This document shows, piece after piece, positions 10,981 to 21,507 of a stretch of DNA of 64,000 nt. Positions within the stretch are counted from its first letter, which is position 1; each line of letters starts with the position of its first letter. A program made the position numbers and the translations under genes. The notes beneath the pieces are model-generated. The model saw nothing but the letters and a program-made list of their open reading frames with translations, was not told where the DNA came from and did no database searches. The stretch is from Escherichia phage vB_EcoM_G2494: the sequence record MK327935.1; one strand, given 5' to 3'.

Positions 10981-11238
10981 ATGGCACGTCGTAAATTTAC
11001 AGATAATTGTGAAGCAATTCAGGTATCCCCTTGCGGTTGGGATGTGATCGCGAACGGTGAAAAGATCGGAGAGATCATCGATCATACTCATTCATCATTA
11101 GCCGATTACACCGATGAACTGTGGGAGGGTATCAACTTCATGAATGACACTAAACGATTCAAGACTATCGACGAAGCTATCTATTTTGTGTATAATCCAA
11201 CTTTCGGTATGTGGGGAACTAGAAAATGGCACGCGTAA
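10981..11238 (+). CDS. hypothetical early protein
   Basis: 85 aa; strong SD GGAGGA; first gene of three-gene cassette; starts MAR. Confidence 0.5.
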   Translation: MARRKFTDNCEAIQVSPCGWDVIANGEKIGEIIDHTHSSLADYTDELWEGINFMNDTKRFKTIDEAIYFVYNPTFGMWGTRKWHA

Positions 11239-11558
11239 ATATTAAATTGCATTACACAATGAATAAAGCTAAGTTCCCAATGCAAAAGCATTACTATGGT
11301 CTACGTGCACAAGATCCTAAACTCTATGGTACTCATTGGTTTTGTAAACATGATAACCAATGGCACACATACGAAGAAATGCACGAGATGATGAAACAGG
11401 GTATTGAATTTAGTTATTCTAATTATGACCATCGTATAACTTGCATTCGAAAATTGAAACGATGGATTCGTAAGAATCCGCAATTTAAAAACTTTGTGTT
11501 CTTTATGTCTCATGTTTATTTGGGACATAGCGTTACCGTCACAGCAAAGGTTAAATAA
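11226..11558 (+). CDS. hypothetical early protein
   Basis: 110 aa; overlaps previous gene; starts MAR. Confidence 0.5.
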   Translation: MARVNIKLHYTMNKAKFPMQKHYYGLRAQDPKLYGTHWFCKHDNQWHTYEEMHEMMKQGIEFSYSNYDHRITCIRKLKRWIRKNPQFKNFVFFMSHVYLGHSVTVTAKVK

Positions 11559-12397
11559 TGGCACGACTTTCTAAACAAGAACAAAAATTACACGATCGGG
11601 CGATGGAGTTGATTAATTCAGATCGTCCATTGACATTTGAAGAAAAAGAATTTTGCTATAACAATTATCATGGCGATGGACTAGGTGGTTCCGGTGCATT
11701 CTTTACCCCAGAATGGCTTGCCTGGGATTTTACCATTGATGCACACTGCACCGGAAAAGTATTAGATCTTTGTGCGGGGATCGGTCGCTTATCTTTTTGT
11801 ATGTTACATCGTTGTAAGCCAGAAAAGATCGTATGCGTCGAACTCAATCCAGAATTTGCGCGGATTGGCAAGCGACTATTACCGGAGGCAGAATGGATCA
11901 CCAGCGATGTATTCGAATTTGAGTCAAACGAAAAATTCGATGTGGTGATCAGCAATCCACCTTTCGGTAAAATCAATACTACAGACACAAAGGATGTATT
12001 TGAATATACTGGCGGTGAGTTTGAATTTAAGGTTATGACGTTAGGCCAGAAGTTTGCCGATGTAGGTTATTTTATTGTTCCTGCTAGTTCCGCTGGGTTT
12101 GCTTATTCCGGTAGACCTTATTATGATGAATCAGTGAAGTCTAATAAATATCTAAAATGGAGCAAACAAACTGGTTTGGTGACTTACGCCGGATGTGGGA
12201 TCGATACATCAATCTATCGCGATGAATGGCATAGTACCAACGTTTTAACAGAAGTGGTTGAGGTTCGGTATTACGAGAAAGAAGCCGTAGAAGCGCCTAA
12301 ATCACGTCCTAACGAACAAATAGAAGAAAGTAAGGAGATCACCTTACCGAAACAGGAAAGCGAGTCTGGGACGCTCTCAGATTTGTTTGACATTTAA
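11558..12397 (+). CDS. gamma-class N6-adenine DNA methyltransferase (orphan)
   Basis: 279 aa; motif X GAFFTP, motif I VLDLCAGIGRLS, motif IV ISNPPFG in gamma order; TAATG start overlap with upstream gene. Confidence 0.65.
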   Translation: MARLSKQEQKLHDRAMELINSDRPLTFEEKEFCYNNYHGDGLGGSGAFFTPEWLAWDFTIDAHCTGKVLDLCAGIGRLSFCMLHRCKPEKIVCVELNPEFARIGKRLLPEAEWITSDVFEFESNEKFDVVISNPPFGKINTTDTKDVFEYTGGEFEFKVMTLGQKFADVGYFIVPASSAGFAYSGRPYYDESVKSNKYLKWSKQTGLVTYAGCGIDTSIYRDEWHSTNVLTEVVEVRYYEKEAVEAPKSRPNEQIEESKEITLPKQESESGTLSDLFDI

Positions 12398-12401
12398 TTA
12401 T

Positions 12402-12428
12402 AAGCCGTCCTTGTGGGCGGCTTTTTTG
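12402..12428 (+). terminator. rho-independent terminator after methyltransferase cassette
   Basis: GC hairpin AAGCCGTCC...GGGCGGCTT followed by TTTTTT. Confidence 0.6.
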
Positions 12429-12437
12429 TATGTATTT

Positions 12438-12445
12438 TATAAATA
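12438..12445 (+). promoter_or_regulatory. T4-type late promoter TATAAATA upstream of gp9
   Basis: exact TATAAATA ~28 nt upstream of ATG. Confidence 0.55.
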
Positions 12446-12472
12446 ATACATCATAACATGAGGAATTAAACA

Positions 12473-13327
12473 ATGGCACAAGTTCCAAAGAAAAGAATAG
12501 ACACAGGTACTGTCGGCAATCCATCGACTGGCGATATCTTATATGATGGCGGTAATAAAATTAACGATAACTTTGATTCAATATATGACGCATTTGCTGA
12601 TCAACGGTTTAAAGACGTAGACCACGGCGTAGGAAGAATGGTTATTCATGCAACCGGATACTATCAGAAACATCCACGTCAAAGCTACTCTGGGTCCGCT
12701 GTTGAGATTGGGAGTCTACACGATATCGATACAACTCAAGGCGCACTTATTGCTATTCTACCTAAAGCAAAGGTTGGTGAGGGTGTTGTATTCATAAATA
12801 GTAACGGTAGCTTTTCAACGACGACACCGCTCAATATTAGAACTCAAGCAGGTGATTCTATTAGCGGGTATTCCGGTGATGCTATAATAACACAACCATT
12901 TTCAAAAGTCACTGTTTGGTGTACTGCCGTTGAAGGTAGTCGCGTAACATGGCGATTGGGTATCGAAAGTATGTTTACCGATACAACAACGCCATTAGAT
13001 AAAACAGTTAACGTAACTGGAGTAGCAACAAACGTTGCTATTGCCGCAAAAACAGAATACGTTTCCATCAAATTATTAACTACCGCTAGCAATACATCCG
13101 GTTCAAAAATGCGTTCAAGTGAAACGCTACTGATGATTGATTCTAAAGCCGGAAAAGTTTATGCGACGGAATATGCAGTTTTGCAGAAGACAGAAGACGA
13201 ATTATACACGGTTCGTTATTTCATCGGTTCCGGCGATAAAGTATATGCAGAGTATAAGGCTACTGGCGAAAATATTCGTTTAGCAGTTAAAGCCGTAGAC
13301 ACTATTAAAATCGGGGTTGCTACATGA
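12473..13327 (+). CDS. 9: baseplate wedge / long tail fiber connector gp9
   Basis: 284 aa; strong similarity to T4 gp9 (IDTG..GN.STGDIL.DGGNKIN, HATGYYQKH, VFINSNGS, SIESMF, KIGVA). Confidence 0.9.
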   Translation: MAQVPKKRIDTGTVGNPSTGDILYDGGNKINDNFDSIYDAFADQRFKDVDHGVGRMVIHATGYYQKHPRQSYSGSAVEIGSLHDIDTTQGALIAILPKAKVGEGVVFINSNGSFSTTTPLNIRTQAGDSISGYSGDAIITQPFSKVTVWCTAVEGSRVTWRLGIESMFTDTTTPLDKTVNVTGVATNVAIAAKTEYVSIKLLTTASNTSGSKMRSSETLLMIDSKAGKVYATEYAVLQKTEDELYTVRYFIGSGDKVYAEYKATGENIRLAVKAVDTIKIGVAT

Positions 13328-15126
13328 AACAATTAATTAATATCGGTAACGTTGTTGATGACGGTACAGGTGATTATCTAAGAAAAGGCGGTCAAAAGAT
13401 TAATGACAACTTTTCTGAACTTTATACTAAGCTGGGGGATGGTGATATCCCTCATGCATCCGGCGCGTGGAAAACTCACACACAACCAGTATTAAAACCA
13501 AATTTTGGTGATGCATGGGCAATTAATACAACGAACAACGCTGTTTCTGTTGAATTGCCTAAAGGAAGCGCGAGTGATTACAATAAAACAATTAAACTTC
13601 GTGATGTTTGGCGCTCATGGGCTGCACATAACGTAACATTGAAGCCAGCACAAGGTGATACCATTAAGGGATCTCCAATCGACCGTGAGTTGTATAAAGA
13701 TTTTATGGATGTTGAACTGGTTTATTGTGCGCCTGGACGCTGGGAATATATCGAAAACAAGCGAGTTGACACGATCACCACGTCTGACCTAAGCACAGTA
13801 GCTAAGGAAGTTTATATTGCCACAGAAGGGCAAACAGATTTCCCTAATGTATTTGGTTCTAACACATATAACACTCGAAATGTTGAAGTATATTATCGAG
13901 GAAACCTTTTATATTATGGCAAGTCTTTTAGTAATGACTCTAACTACGGTTCAATTGGTGAGGATGGATCACTTGTTGAACTTGATGGCAAAAGCATAAA
14001 ACTTCGTTTTCCTTGTTCGGCTGGGGACACCGTTCAAATTATTACATATATGGACGGAATTGCATCATTCCGATCTAGTTATATCACACACACAATTAGA
14101 GTGTATGATACCGGAATGACAGCACTAGAAACTATTCCGGGTGAAGTGTGGGTAGGTGATTTATCGACGAAAAAAGAATTTACCAATGCTGATTTGGGAG
14201 TTAGTAAACGTGATATAATTAACCCAAATTCATTTGAGTTATTAATAAATGGCACTCAAATGATTAAAGCTGGTGATGCTGATCTTCCTTCGTTTGTTTG
14301 TGAAGGTGCTGACGGAGAAACCGAAGAGAGTTGCGCACTTGCTGGCGGTCAGTGGGTACAGTCTGGAGAAGATTATTCACTGGTATTTGATGAGAATAGC
14401 ATTGTAACAGGGATTAAATTAGCTAAAGCGTTGGACAATAGAGATACTATAACAATTCGTTGGTTTAATAACGATATCGGAACTCTATTAGAATGGGATG
14501 GTGTCGGCGGAATTAAAGAAAAAGCAGACAAGATTTATCTCAATAACGAAGACGAAGTTAATTTAACAAAACAAATTGAATATACAGACTTCCAGAATCC
14601 TAGTCAGAAAAACACTCGTCCGGCAGAAGAGTATTCAGGTCGAATTATGGATATATATTCACTGTTTGATATTTTTCATCCGGTCGGCACGATATACGAA
14701 AACGCACATAACCCAGCTAACCCAGCGACCTATATGGGGTTTGGTATCTGGGTTCGGTATGCGGAAGGAGAATTTCTTGCTGGTTGGTCTTCCGATGCCA
14801 GCGACCAGAATTTTGCATTAAACAATAACGATCTTGATATTCATGGACAACCTACACACACCGCTGGTGGTACTGGTGGTGAAGTTGCCTATCAAATCAA
14901 GAAAGATATGATTCCTGAATTACAATCCAGCGATCGTGTTTTGGTGAAAGACGATACAGGGTCAATTATCATTGGTGGCTGTCAAGTTGATCCTGATGCG
15001 GCAGGTCCAGCGTTTACGAAATATAGAGAGGATATCGTAAAAGTTAATTCTGGAAATGCTGATCCATCAATGATGGGCATTCTTCCTCCATATCGCACCG
15101 TTCATCGCTGGTTAAGGGTAGGTTAA
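13324..15126 (+). CDS. 10: baseplate wedge subunit and tail pin gp10
   Basis: 600 aa; N-terminal domain resembles gp9 N-terminus; size as T4 gp10. Confidence 0.8.
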   Translation: MKQLINIGNVVDDGTGDYLRKGGQKINDNFSELYTKLGDGDIPHASGAWKTHTQPVLKPNFGDAWAINTTNNAVSVELPKGSASDYNKTIKLRDVWRSWAAHNVTLKPAQGDTIKGSPIDRELYKDFMDVELVYCAPGRWEYIENKRVDTITTSDLSTVAKEVYIATEGQTDFPNVFGSNTYNTRNVEVYYRGNLLYYGKSFSNDSNYGSIGEDGSLVELDGKSIKLRFPCSAGDTVQIITYMDGIASFRSSYITHTIRVYDTGMTALETIPGEVWVGDLSTKKEFTNADLGVSKRDIINPNSFELLINGTQMIKAGDADLPSFVCEGADGETEESCALAGGQWVQSGEDYSLVFDENSIVTGIKLAKALDNRDTITIRWFNNDIGTLLEWDGVGGIKEKADKIYLNNEDEVNLTKQIEYTDFQNPSQKNTRPAEEYSGRIMDIYSLFDIFHPVGTIYENAHNPANPATYMGFGIWVRYAEGEFLAGWSSDASDQNFALNNNDLDIHGQPTHTAGGTGGEVAYQIKKDMIPELQSSDRVLVKDDTGSIIIGGCQVDPDAAGPAFTKYREDIVKVNSGNADPSMMGILPPYRTVHRWLRVG

Positions 15127-15127
15127 T

Positions 15128-15772
15128 ATGATTTCTAAAACACGTTCTAAAGCAAGCGTATTTTCTAGCGACGCAGCATTCATTTCATACGATCCGGGGT
15201 CTAAAGACCCCATTATTGGTGACATTCGCCCAATTGGTGGATTAAACGTAGACCAATCTCGCAAAGGTTCTTTTATTAACAACGTACAATCAGCCATTGA
15301 TGATTTGTATAGCATTTCTATGCTTAATGTCGGTGATGTATTGGTAACTACAAATTCAACTCCACCGGAAGCGGCGGGACAAATAGAAACTCTTTCTTTC
15401 ACTGGAACGGTAACAAATAAACACGATCCAGCCGCGAAAAAAGTTGTGATTGAAGTTTTGGGTTATCCATTTGTTGTTAATGTTGGAACATCGAATGTTG
15501 CATTATGCGAAATGGTCACAACAAAATTTACTGAATTGAAAGACAAAAGTATCTTATTCTCTAGAGTTGAGAGGAAAGGTACTGGCAACGATAAAATAGA
15601 GATTCAGTATATTGATTCAAATGCACACGAAGCAACGGTCGTAGAAAAATATGGTATTAGCGTTCGTGGGGAAATAAATTCCCCTGCTCGTTATGGTTAT
15701 GGTGCATGGTCCAGAATGGGAACGGAAGAAAAATTTGGTTCAACACTATTTTATTTTAAGCGTATTGCGTAA
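15128..15772 (+). CDS. 11: baseplate wedge subunit and tail pin gp11
   Basis: 214 aa, position and size. Confidence 0.7.
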   Translation: MISKTRSKASVFSSDAAFISYDPGSKDPIIGDIRPIGGLNVDQSRKGSFINNVQSAIDDLYSISMLNVGDVLVTTNSTPPEAAGQIETLSFTGTVTNKHDPAAKKVVIEVLGYPFVVNVGTSNVALCEMVTTKFTELKDKSILFSRVERKGTGNDKIEIQYIDSNAHEATVVEKYGISVRGEINSPARYGYGAWSRMGTEEKFGSTLFYFKRIA

Positions 15773-15782
15773 GGTGTAAATT

Positions 15783-17186
15783 ATGAATAACACTATTAAT
15801 CACGTAAAAGACGATGCACAGTATGTTAAGTTTGACCCTACCGGAAATTGGCCTAGCAATATAAAAAACGTACAAGCGGCATTAGCCGCTATTCAGGGGT
15901 TTGCTATTGCAGGTCTTCCAACGGCAACCGAAGAAACAGCGGGTATTGCTGAAATTGCTACTCAAAAAGAAGTAGATGATGGGTTGGATGGAACTAAAAT
16001 TGTTACCCCAAAAACATTGGCTGTTAAGCTGTCAAGACCGGACGCAACAAAACTTGTCAAAGGGATCACTCGCTATGCTAATAACGATGAAGCTATGGGC
16101 GATACTCCAAATATTGCAATTGGTCCTGATACATTAACCCATGTATTCGAGAAGAAGAAGGCAACGGAAACCGTACAGGGTACAATTAAAATTTGTTCTA
16201 TGGATGCGGCAAAAATAGGTAGCGATGACACTATGGCAGTAACGCCTAAAAAGATGCACGCTGCGATTGCTCAGATTGTTCCTGGATTGATCCCAGAGCA
16301 AAATACCGCTTCCGAATCCCGTGAGGGTCTAGTTAGGCTGGCAACAAGCCAACAAACGCTTGCTGGTACTATCAGAGAAGGATTTGCCGTTAGCCCATAT
16401 GCATTTTCCAACGCAAGAGCCAATGAAAATCAGGCGGGTACTGTTAAAATTGCGTCATCCCAACAAATGATTGACGGTAATGACAACACAGTAGTAGTAT
16501 CAGCACAAAAATTTGCGAACACTAAAGCAACCACTGGACAATTCGGTGTTGTTAAGCTAACAGATAATCCCAGTTCCGGTGAAGCAAATGCTGCGTTATC
16601 TGCAAATGCTCGTGTATTGCCTCTAAGCGGTGGTGTCGTTACTGGTGATGTGTATCGTCATAGTGGAGGTGACGGAAACCAGTTTACCACTAAAAACGAA
16701 ATGGATGCATGGTGTATGCCAATTGGTGCAATTATTCTAACTGCATTCAATAGCAATGATCACGGCGCATTTAAAATTTGTAACGGTCAATGGTTAAATA
16801 AACACCAATATCCAGTATTATTTTCACGAATCGGTTTCACTTACGGCGGAGATGGCGGAGACAACTTTGCTCTACCCGATATGCGAGGGCTTGTTGCTAG
16901 AGGATGCGACCACGGTCGAGGACTAGACCCAGGTCGTGGATTTGGTACTTATCAAGACGACACCATGCAACATATGACAGGTAACTTCCCTGTAGCTAAC
17001 CGTTGGCGCGGTTGGACTGGTGGTGCATTTGCCATCACAGGCGGTCAATGGAGCACGAACTATAAAAACGGTGGTGGTGATGATTGGGGTAGTATTGTTA
17101 ACTTTGACAGCGCAAGACAGGTTAGAACGTCTGGCGAAACTCGCGTTAAAAGCCTTGCATTAAACTACATGATAAGGGTACAATAA
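15783..17186 (+). CDS. 12: short tail fiber gp12
   Basis: 467 aa; blocks shared with T4 gp12 (YVKFDP, LATSQ..AGTIREGFAVSPYAF, NFALPDMRGL, SLALNYMIRV). Confidence 0.85.
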   Translation: MNNTINHVKDDAQYVKFDPTGNWPSNIKNVQAALAAIQGFAIAGLPTATEETAGIAEIATQKEVDDGLDGTKIVTPKTLAVKLSRPDATKLVKGITRYANNDEAMGDTPNIAIGPDTLTHVFEKKKATETVQGTIKICSMDAAKIGSDDTMAVTPKKMHAAIAQIVPGLIPEQNTASESREGLVRLATSQQTLAGTIREGFAVSPYAFSNARANENQAGTVKIASSQQMIDGNDNTVVVSAQKFANTKATTGQFGVVKLTDNPSSGEANAALSANARVLPLSGGVVTGDVYRHSGGDGNQFTTKNEMDAWCMPIGAIILTAFNSNDHGAFKICNGQWLNKHQYPVLFSRIGFTYGGDGGDNFALPDMRGLVARGCDHGRGLDPGRGFGTYQDDTMQHMTGNFPVANRWRGWTGGAFAITGGQWSTNYKNGGGDDWGSIVNFDSARQVRTSGETRVKSLALNYMIRVQ

Positions 17187-18955
17187 TGATCGAACAGTTA
17201 AACATTCGAAAGATCCCTAACGTCGATGGTGTCCCTGGAGAGGGACAGCATTCTATTAGCTGGATTAAAAATGGTGAATGTCTAAGCGCAGCAACCACAG
17301 AAACAGGACACGAGGGGACGCTTAACCGCGCCCCTTATGCGATTCAAGAAAATATTGTTCGTCTGGATGAAAATTCTAAGACAACGGTAACAAAAGTTAA
17401 CGAAGTTGTTACAGCAGTTAATGATATTAAAACTACTTTAGGCGCGGTTGCTGATGGTAGTATTATTGATATTGTCAATCAAACTATTGCAAAGGTTGAG
17501 TCTGTAGAAGAAAATTTAGGAGAAACTTCAAGGACATTACAAACCACAGTAGATGAACTGGCAGAAACAGGAAAGAAAATTGGTGTTCGTCCGGCAGCAG
17601 ATCCGAGTACACGAACAATATATGATGATATTTCTTTCATCAAACAAGAATTGGGTGCTTTCCCTAACTTCACTATCAACGGTTCTCCAGATCCGGGTAG
17701 TTCAGGTTCCGGTATCAAATATCGAGTTATCCAGAATACGGAAGCATTAAACAACCACGATCAGCGAATCCGCCAACTAGAAAACGACTGGCAAGATTCT
17801 GACGTTGGAGAGCTAACAAAACAAGTTAACAAAATACGAAGCGAGCTAGGCGATACATCACTAGCAACACAGGACAATGTTTATCTTCGTCTTCGCACAA
17901 ACACTAGCAATATCGCTAGTATATCAAACGAAGTTCAGGAAGTAAAGAAAGCGATTCTATTTGAATCAATTCCTGATATCGGGACTAAAGTAACTAAGCT
18001 ACAATCTGATTATACACAGCTTAATGATGAAGTCAACGGCTTTGACGCTGGTATCCGTCCTCGTTTAACTCTTCTGGAAAATACGATTGGCAATCCTCAA
18101 GCCGCTGGAAGTATTGATTATCGATTGACTAATCAAGAACGGGAATTTGTAGATCTTAAATCTATTGTCGGTGTTAGTGGTGCTGATGGCCTACGTGGTG
18201 AGGTTGCACGAATCTCTAACACAGTTGGTACTGATAGTGAGCGTCATACTATCGCAGGTCGTCTAAAAATTGTAGAAAATACACAGGGACGACTAGAAGC
18301 TAGCGTACAGGATATCGAGCAAATGATCGGAGATCGAGATTCCGGTCTAACCGCCGGGGTTATTAAGCTGTCAAGCGACATGTACGGCAATCCAGAAGGA
18401 AGCACGCAGCTTGAACAAGATGGGGTCGTGAAAACTGTTAAGGAATTGAGCACATCAAATGCAAGCAAGGTAACAGACGTTCCTGATGATGGTTTCCATT
18501 ATCTACGTAAGCACGGGGAATGGGTTCAGGTCGCATGGGCGGCTGGTACATTTAAAAACACCGCTCAGATTGATATTACTCTCGACGGACAAGATCAATA
18601 CAAAGGAATCCCGCTAAACGATATGACCGAAGAAGTTCCTGCGCGTGGAATGGTTAAGAGCGAATCTCTTGTTACGGTTAACGACAAAGGCTTATTCCGT
18701 TGTGATTTCCGTTGTTCTGTACATGCGGCAAATAACGCTACTTTCGTAGTCGGTATTGCTAAAAATGGTCTGATTGTACATGAGGTACGAAATGGTCATT
18801 ATGGAACTGATGATTTAATTAGCTATTCTACCAGTGCTTTCCTAAATATTGAAAAGGGCGACCGGATCGATATTCGCATTAAGGGCGTATCCGAAGAAGC
18901 ATTAGCGCAACAGCTACAAATTAAAGAGTTCCTCTTTGGAATTTCTCCGGTATAA
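17186..18955 (+). CDS. wac: fibritin (wac) with ~130-aa extension beyond the foldon-like segment
   Basis: N-terminus SISWIKNGE as T4 fibritin; coiled-coil heptads; foldon-like HYLRKHGEWVQV followed by extra C-terminal domain. Confidence 0.8.
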   Translation: MIEQLNIRKIPNVDGVPGEGQHSISWIKNGECLSAATTETGHEGTLNRAPYAIQENIVRLDENSKTTVTKVNEVVTAVNDIKTTLGAVADGSIIDIVNQTIAKVESVEENLGETSRTLQTTVDELAETGKKIGVRPAADPSTRTIYDDISFIKQELGAFPNFTINGSPDPGSSGSGIKYRVIQNTEALNNHDQRIRQLENDWQDSDVGELTKQVNKIRSELGDTSLATQDNVYLRLRTNTSNIASISNEVQEVKKAILFESIPDIGTKVTKLQSDYTQLNDEVNGFDAGIRPRLTLLENTIGNPQAAGSIDYRLTNQEREFVDLKSIVGVSGADGLRGEVARISNTVGTDSERHTIAGRLKIVENTQGRLEASVQDIEQMIGDRDSGLTAGVIKLSSDMYGNPEGSTQLEQDGVVKTVKELSTSNASKVTDVPDDGFHYLRKHGEWVQVAWAAGTFKNTAQIDITLDGQDQYKGIPLNDMTEEVPARGMVKSESLVTVNDKGLFRCDFRCSVHAANNATFVVGIAKNGLIVHEVRNGHYGTDDLISYSTSAFLNIEKGDRIDIRIKGVSEEALAQQLQIKEFLFGISPV

Positions 18956-18961
18956 GAAATT

Positions 18962-18984
18962 AAAGGGGCGTTAAGCCCCTTTTC
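18962..18984 (+). terminator. terminator hairpin after wac
   Basis: GGGGCGTTAAGCCCC followed by TTTT. Confidence 0.55.
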
Positions 18985-19001
18985 CGTTTATAGGTGATAT
19001 T

Positions 19002-19934
19002 ATGTCAGGATATGTAACCAATAACCCAAGAGAATTAAAAGACGCTATTCTGCGTCGTTTAGGCGCACCAGTAATTAACGTAGAAGTCACAGAAGACCAG
19101 ATTTACGATTGTATTCAGAGAGCACTAGAACTCTATGGGGAATATCATTTCGATGGTGTGAATAAAGGATATAAAGTATTTCGTGTTAGTGCAGAGCAAG
19201 CGCAACATGGGGTATTTGATTTAAGCGATTCTGGTGTATTCGCAGTAACTAAAATAATTCGAACAAACGTAGGTAGCGCGGCTACGATGGATGGCACTGC
19301 CGTTTATCCGTGGTTTACCGACTTTCTGTTGGGTTTAGCGGGTGTAAATGGCGGTTTAGGATCTGGCTGTAGTAAATTTTATGGTCCAAATGCAATGGGC
19401 GGTGATCTAGGATATTTCGAACAGCTTATGAGCTATCGAGCCACTATGCAAAATATGCTCAATCCGCTGCCAGACTATTGGTATAATAGCGCAAACGGAC
19501 AACTTAAGATTACAGGAAACTTCCGAGAAGGTGATCTCATTGTTGTTGAATTATATGTTAAAAGCTATATAGACGTTCCTGATATGATCGGCGCGGTTGC
19601 TGGTTATGCTCATGCAGGAGGATGTTCTACCGCTGGCGGGATTAGCGCCGTTTATGATAATCCAACTGCTGGTTTAAGCGGGATTGTTGCTGGAATGGGA
19701 CCGATCCGTGATAACAAGCAGGGCGCATATAATAACCGTTGGGTTAAAGACATGGCAACCGCTTTCACTAAGGAGGTTTGGGGGTCCATCATGGCTAAAC
19801 ATCAAGGTCTGCAATTACCCGGCGGTGTCACTGTTGATGGTATCCGAATCATTGAAGAAGCACGCGCCGACATTGAGAAATTGCGACAAGAACTAGAATT
19901 ATTAGATCCTCCGTTCGGCATCCTCATGATTTGA
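19002..19934 (+). CDS. 13: neck protein gp13
   Basis: 310 aa; highly similar to T4 gp13 ([62 protein letters not shown]). Confidence 0.9.
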   Translation: MSGYVTNNPRELKDAILRRLGAPVINVEVTEDQIYDCIQRALELYGEYHFDGVNKGYKVFRVSAEQAQHGVFDLSDSGVFAVTKIIRTNVGSAATMDGTAVYPWFTDFLLGLAGVNGGLGSGCSKFYGPNAMGGDLGYFEQLMSYRATMQNMLNPLPDYWYNSANGQLKITGNFREGDLIVVELYVKSYIDVPDMIGAVAGYAHAGGCSTAGGISAVYDNPTAGLSGIVAGMGPIRDNKQGAYNNRWVKDMATAFTKEVWGSIMAKHQGLQLPGGVTVDGIRIIEEARADIEKLRQELELLDPPFGILMI

Positions 19935-19970
19935 TTTATTGGGGGAGTATTCCCCCATTTGGAGTAACAT

Positions 19971-20711
19971 ATGTTTAACAACACTCTTTTTGCTCGCCTT
20001 GAATCGCAGAAGGACTACGAGAATACACGACAAACAGAGATTCTTAATCCTTATGTGAACTTTCACAAATATACAAATACTCAGACGTTAGCCGACGTTA
20101 TGGTCGCCGAAGCTATTCAGATGCGAGGTGTAGAATTATATTACATCCCTCGTGAATTTGTCAAACCAGATATGATCTTTGGTGAGGATGTTCAAAGCAA
20201 ATTTACTAAAGCATGGAAATTTGCGGCTTATATTAACTCATTTGATGGGTATGAAGGAGCGGGTAATTTCTTCTCTAGTTTCGGGTATCAAGCTAATGAT
20301 GAACTAACTTTTACGGTTAACCCCAACCTATTCAAGCATCAAGTAGATGATCAAGAGCCAAAATCAGGTGACTTAATTTATATTCCAATGAGTAATGATC
20401 TCTTTGAAATTAATTACGTCGAGCCATATCAGCCGTTTTTTCAGGCTGGAAAAAATGCCATGCGTAAAATTATTGCAGAGAAATTCGTGTATAGCGGTGA
20501 GGAATTGCGACCAGAATTACAACGCAATGAGGGAATTAATGTTGATGAGTTTGCGGATCTGGATCTTGCACCGATCACTAATCTGGACGGGTTAACAGAT
20601 ATCAACTTAGATCAGTACAAAGAAGATAAGCAATTCAGAAGCGAAGGACAAGATTTTATTGATCCGTTTGATCCTATTAATGGCAAGGGTTCACCTTTCG
20701 CCGATTTTTGA
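19971..20711 (+). CDS. 14: neck protein gp14
   Basis: 246 aa, position and size. Confidence 0.7.
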   Translation: MFNNTLFARLESQKDYENTRQTEILNPYVNFHKYTNTQTLADVMVAEAIQMRGVELYYIPREFVKPDMIFGEDVQSKFTKAWKFAAYINSFDGYEGAGNFFSSFGYQANDELTFTVNPNLFKHQVDDQEPKSGDLIYIPMSNDLFEINYVEPYQPFFQAGKNAMRKIIAEKFVYSGEELRPELQRNEGINVDEFADLDLAPITNLDGLTDINLDQYKEDKQFRSEGQDFIDPFDPINGKGSPFADF

Positions 20712-20751
20712 TAAATACTTGTATTGATATAATATAAGGATCTAATGACTT

Positions 20752-21507
20752 ATGAAAAACTATTATCTATACGAAATAAAGAACAATATAAATGGTAAGA
20801 TATATGTTGGCATTCGTGGGTATGATGGTGACATAAGTCAAGATCCTTATATGGGTAGTGGATTGACTCTTAAGAGGTCTATTAAAAAGAACGGGATAGA
20901 AAACTTCACAAAAACAATTCTCAAAACGTTTGACTCATGGAAAGAGGCAAGGAAAGCAGAAAGAGAAATAGTTACAGAGGAATTTGTAAAAAGAGAAGAT
21001 ACCTATAATGTTTCGGTTGGTGGACAAGGTGGAAATACTCACGCTGGGATGAGCGAAGAACGAAGAAAACTTGCAAGCGAAAGACACGCAGAAGCAAACC
21101 GAAATAGAGTATGGAAGCAAGAATCTAGAGATAAGGTTAGCGCAAGATTCAAAGGTCATAAGCTATCACAGAAGCAGATAGACGCGCTAAAGAAGGCAAA
21201 CACAGGAAGAAAGTTCACAGAAGAACACAAGTTCAAAATAGGTAAAACGTGGCGAGGAAAGAAACGACCAGATATAGGAGAGAAGGTTGCGGCAAAATTA
21301 ACAGGGAGAAAACTACCCCCAGAACATGTGGCAGCAATAACGCAAAATACACCGAGAGGAAAACAACACTTTAGGGCAAAAAGATTCTTCATCGACGATA
21401 TGGAATTTTATATTTTGAGTGACGCAGCTAAAATGTTTGGTATAAGTTATAAAACGGTTAAAGCTAGACTTCTCTCAGATAAGTTTCCTACATGGAGATA
21501 TGAATAA
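20752..21507 (+). CDS. free-standing GIY-YIG homing endonuclease (Seg-like)
   Basis: GIY-YIG motif YLYEIKNNINGKIYVGI; NUMOD-like repeats; C-terminal HTH ILSDAAKMFGISYKTVKARL; inserted between gp14 and gp15. Confidence 0.8.
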   Translation: MKNYYLYEIKNNINGKIYVGIRGYDGDISQDPYMGSGLTLKRSIKKNGIENFTKTILKTFDSWKEARKAEREIVTEEFVKREDTYNVSVGGQGGNTHAGMSEERRKLASERHAEANRNRVWKQESRDKVSARFKGHKLSQKQIDALKKANTGRKFTEEHKFKIGKTWRGKKRPDIGEKVAAKLTGRKLPPEHVAAITQNTPRGKQHFRAKRFFIDDMEFYILSDAAKMFGISYKTVKARLLSDKFPTWRYE

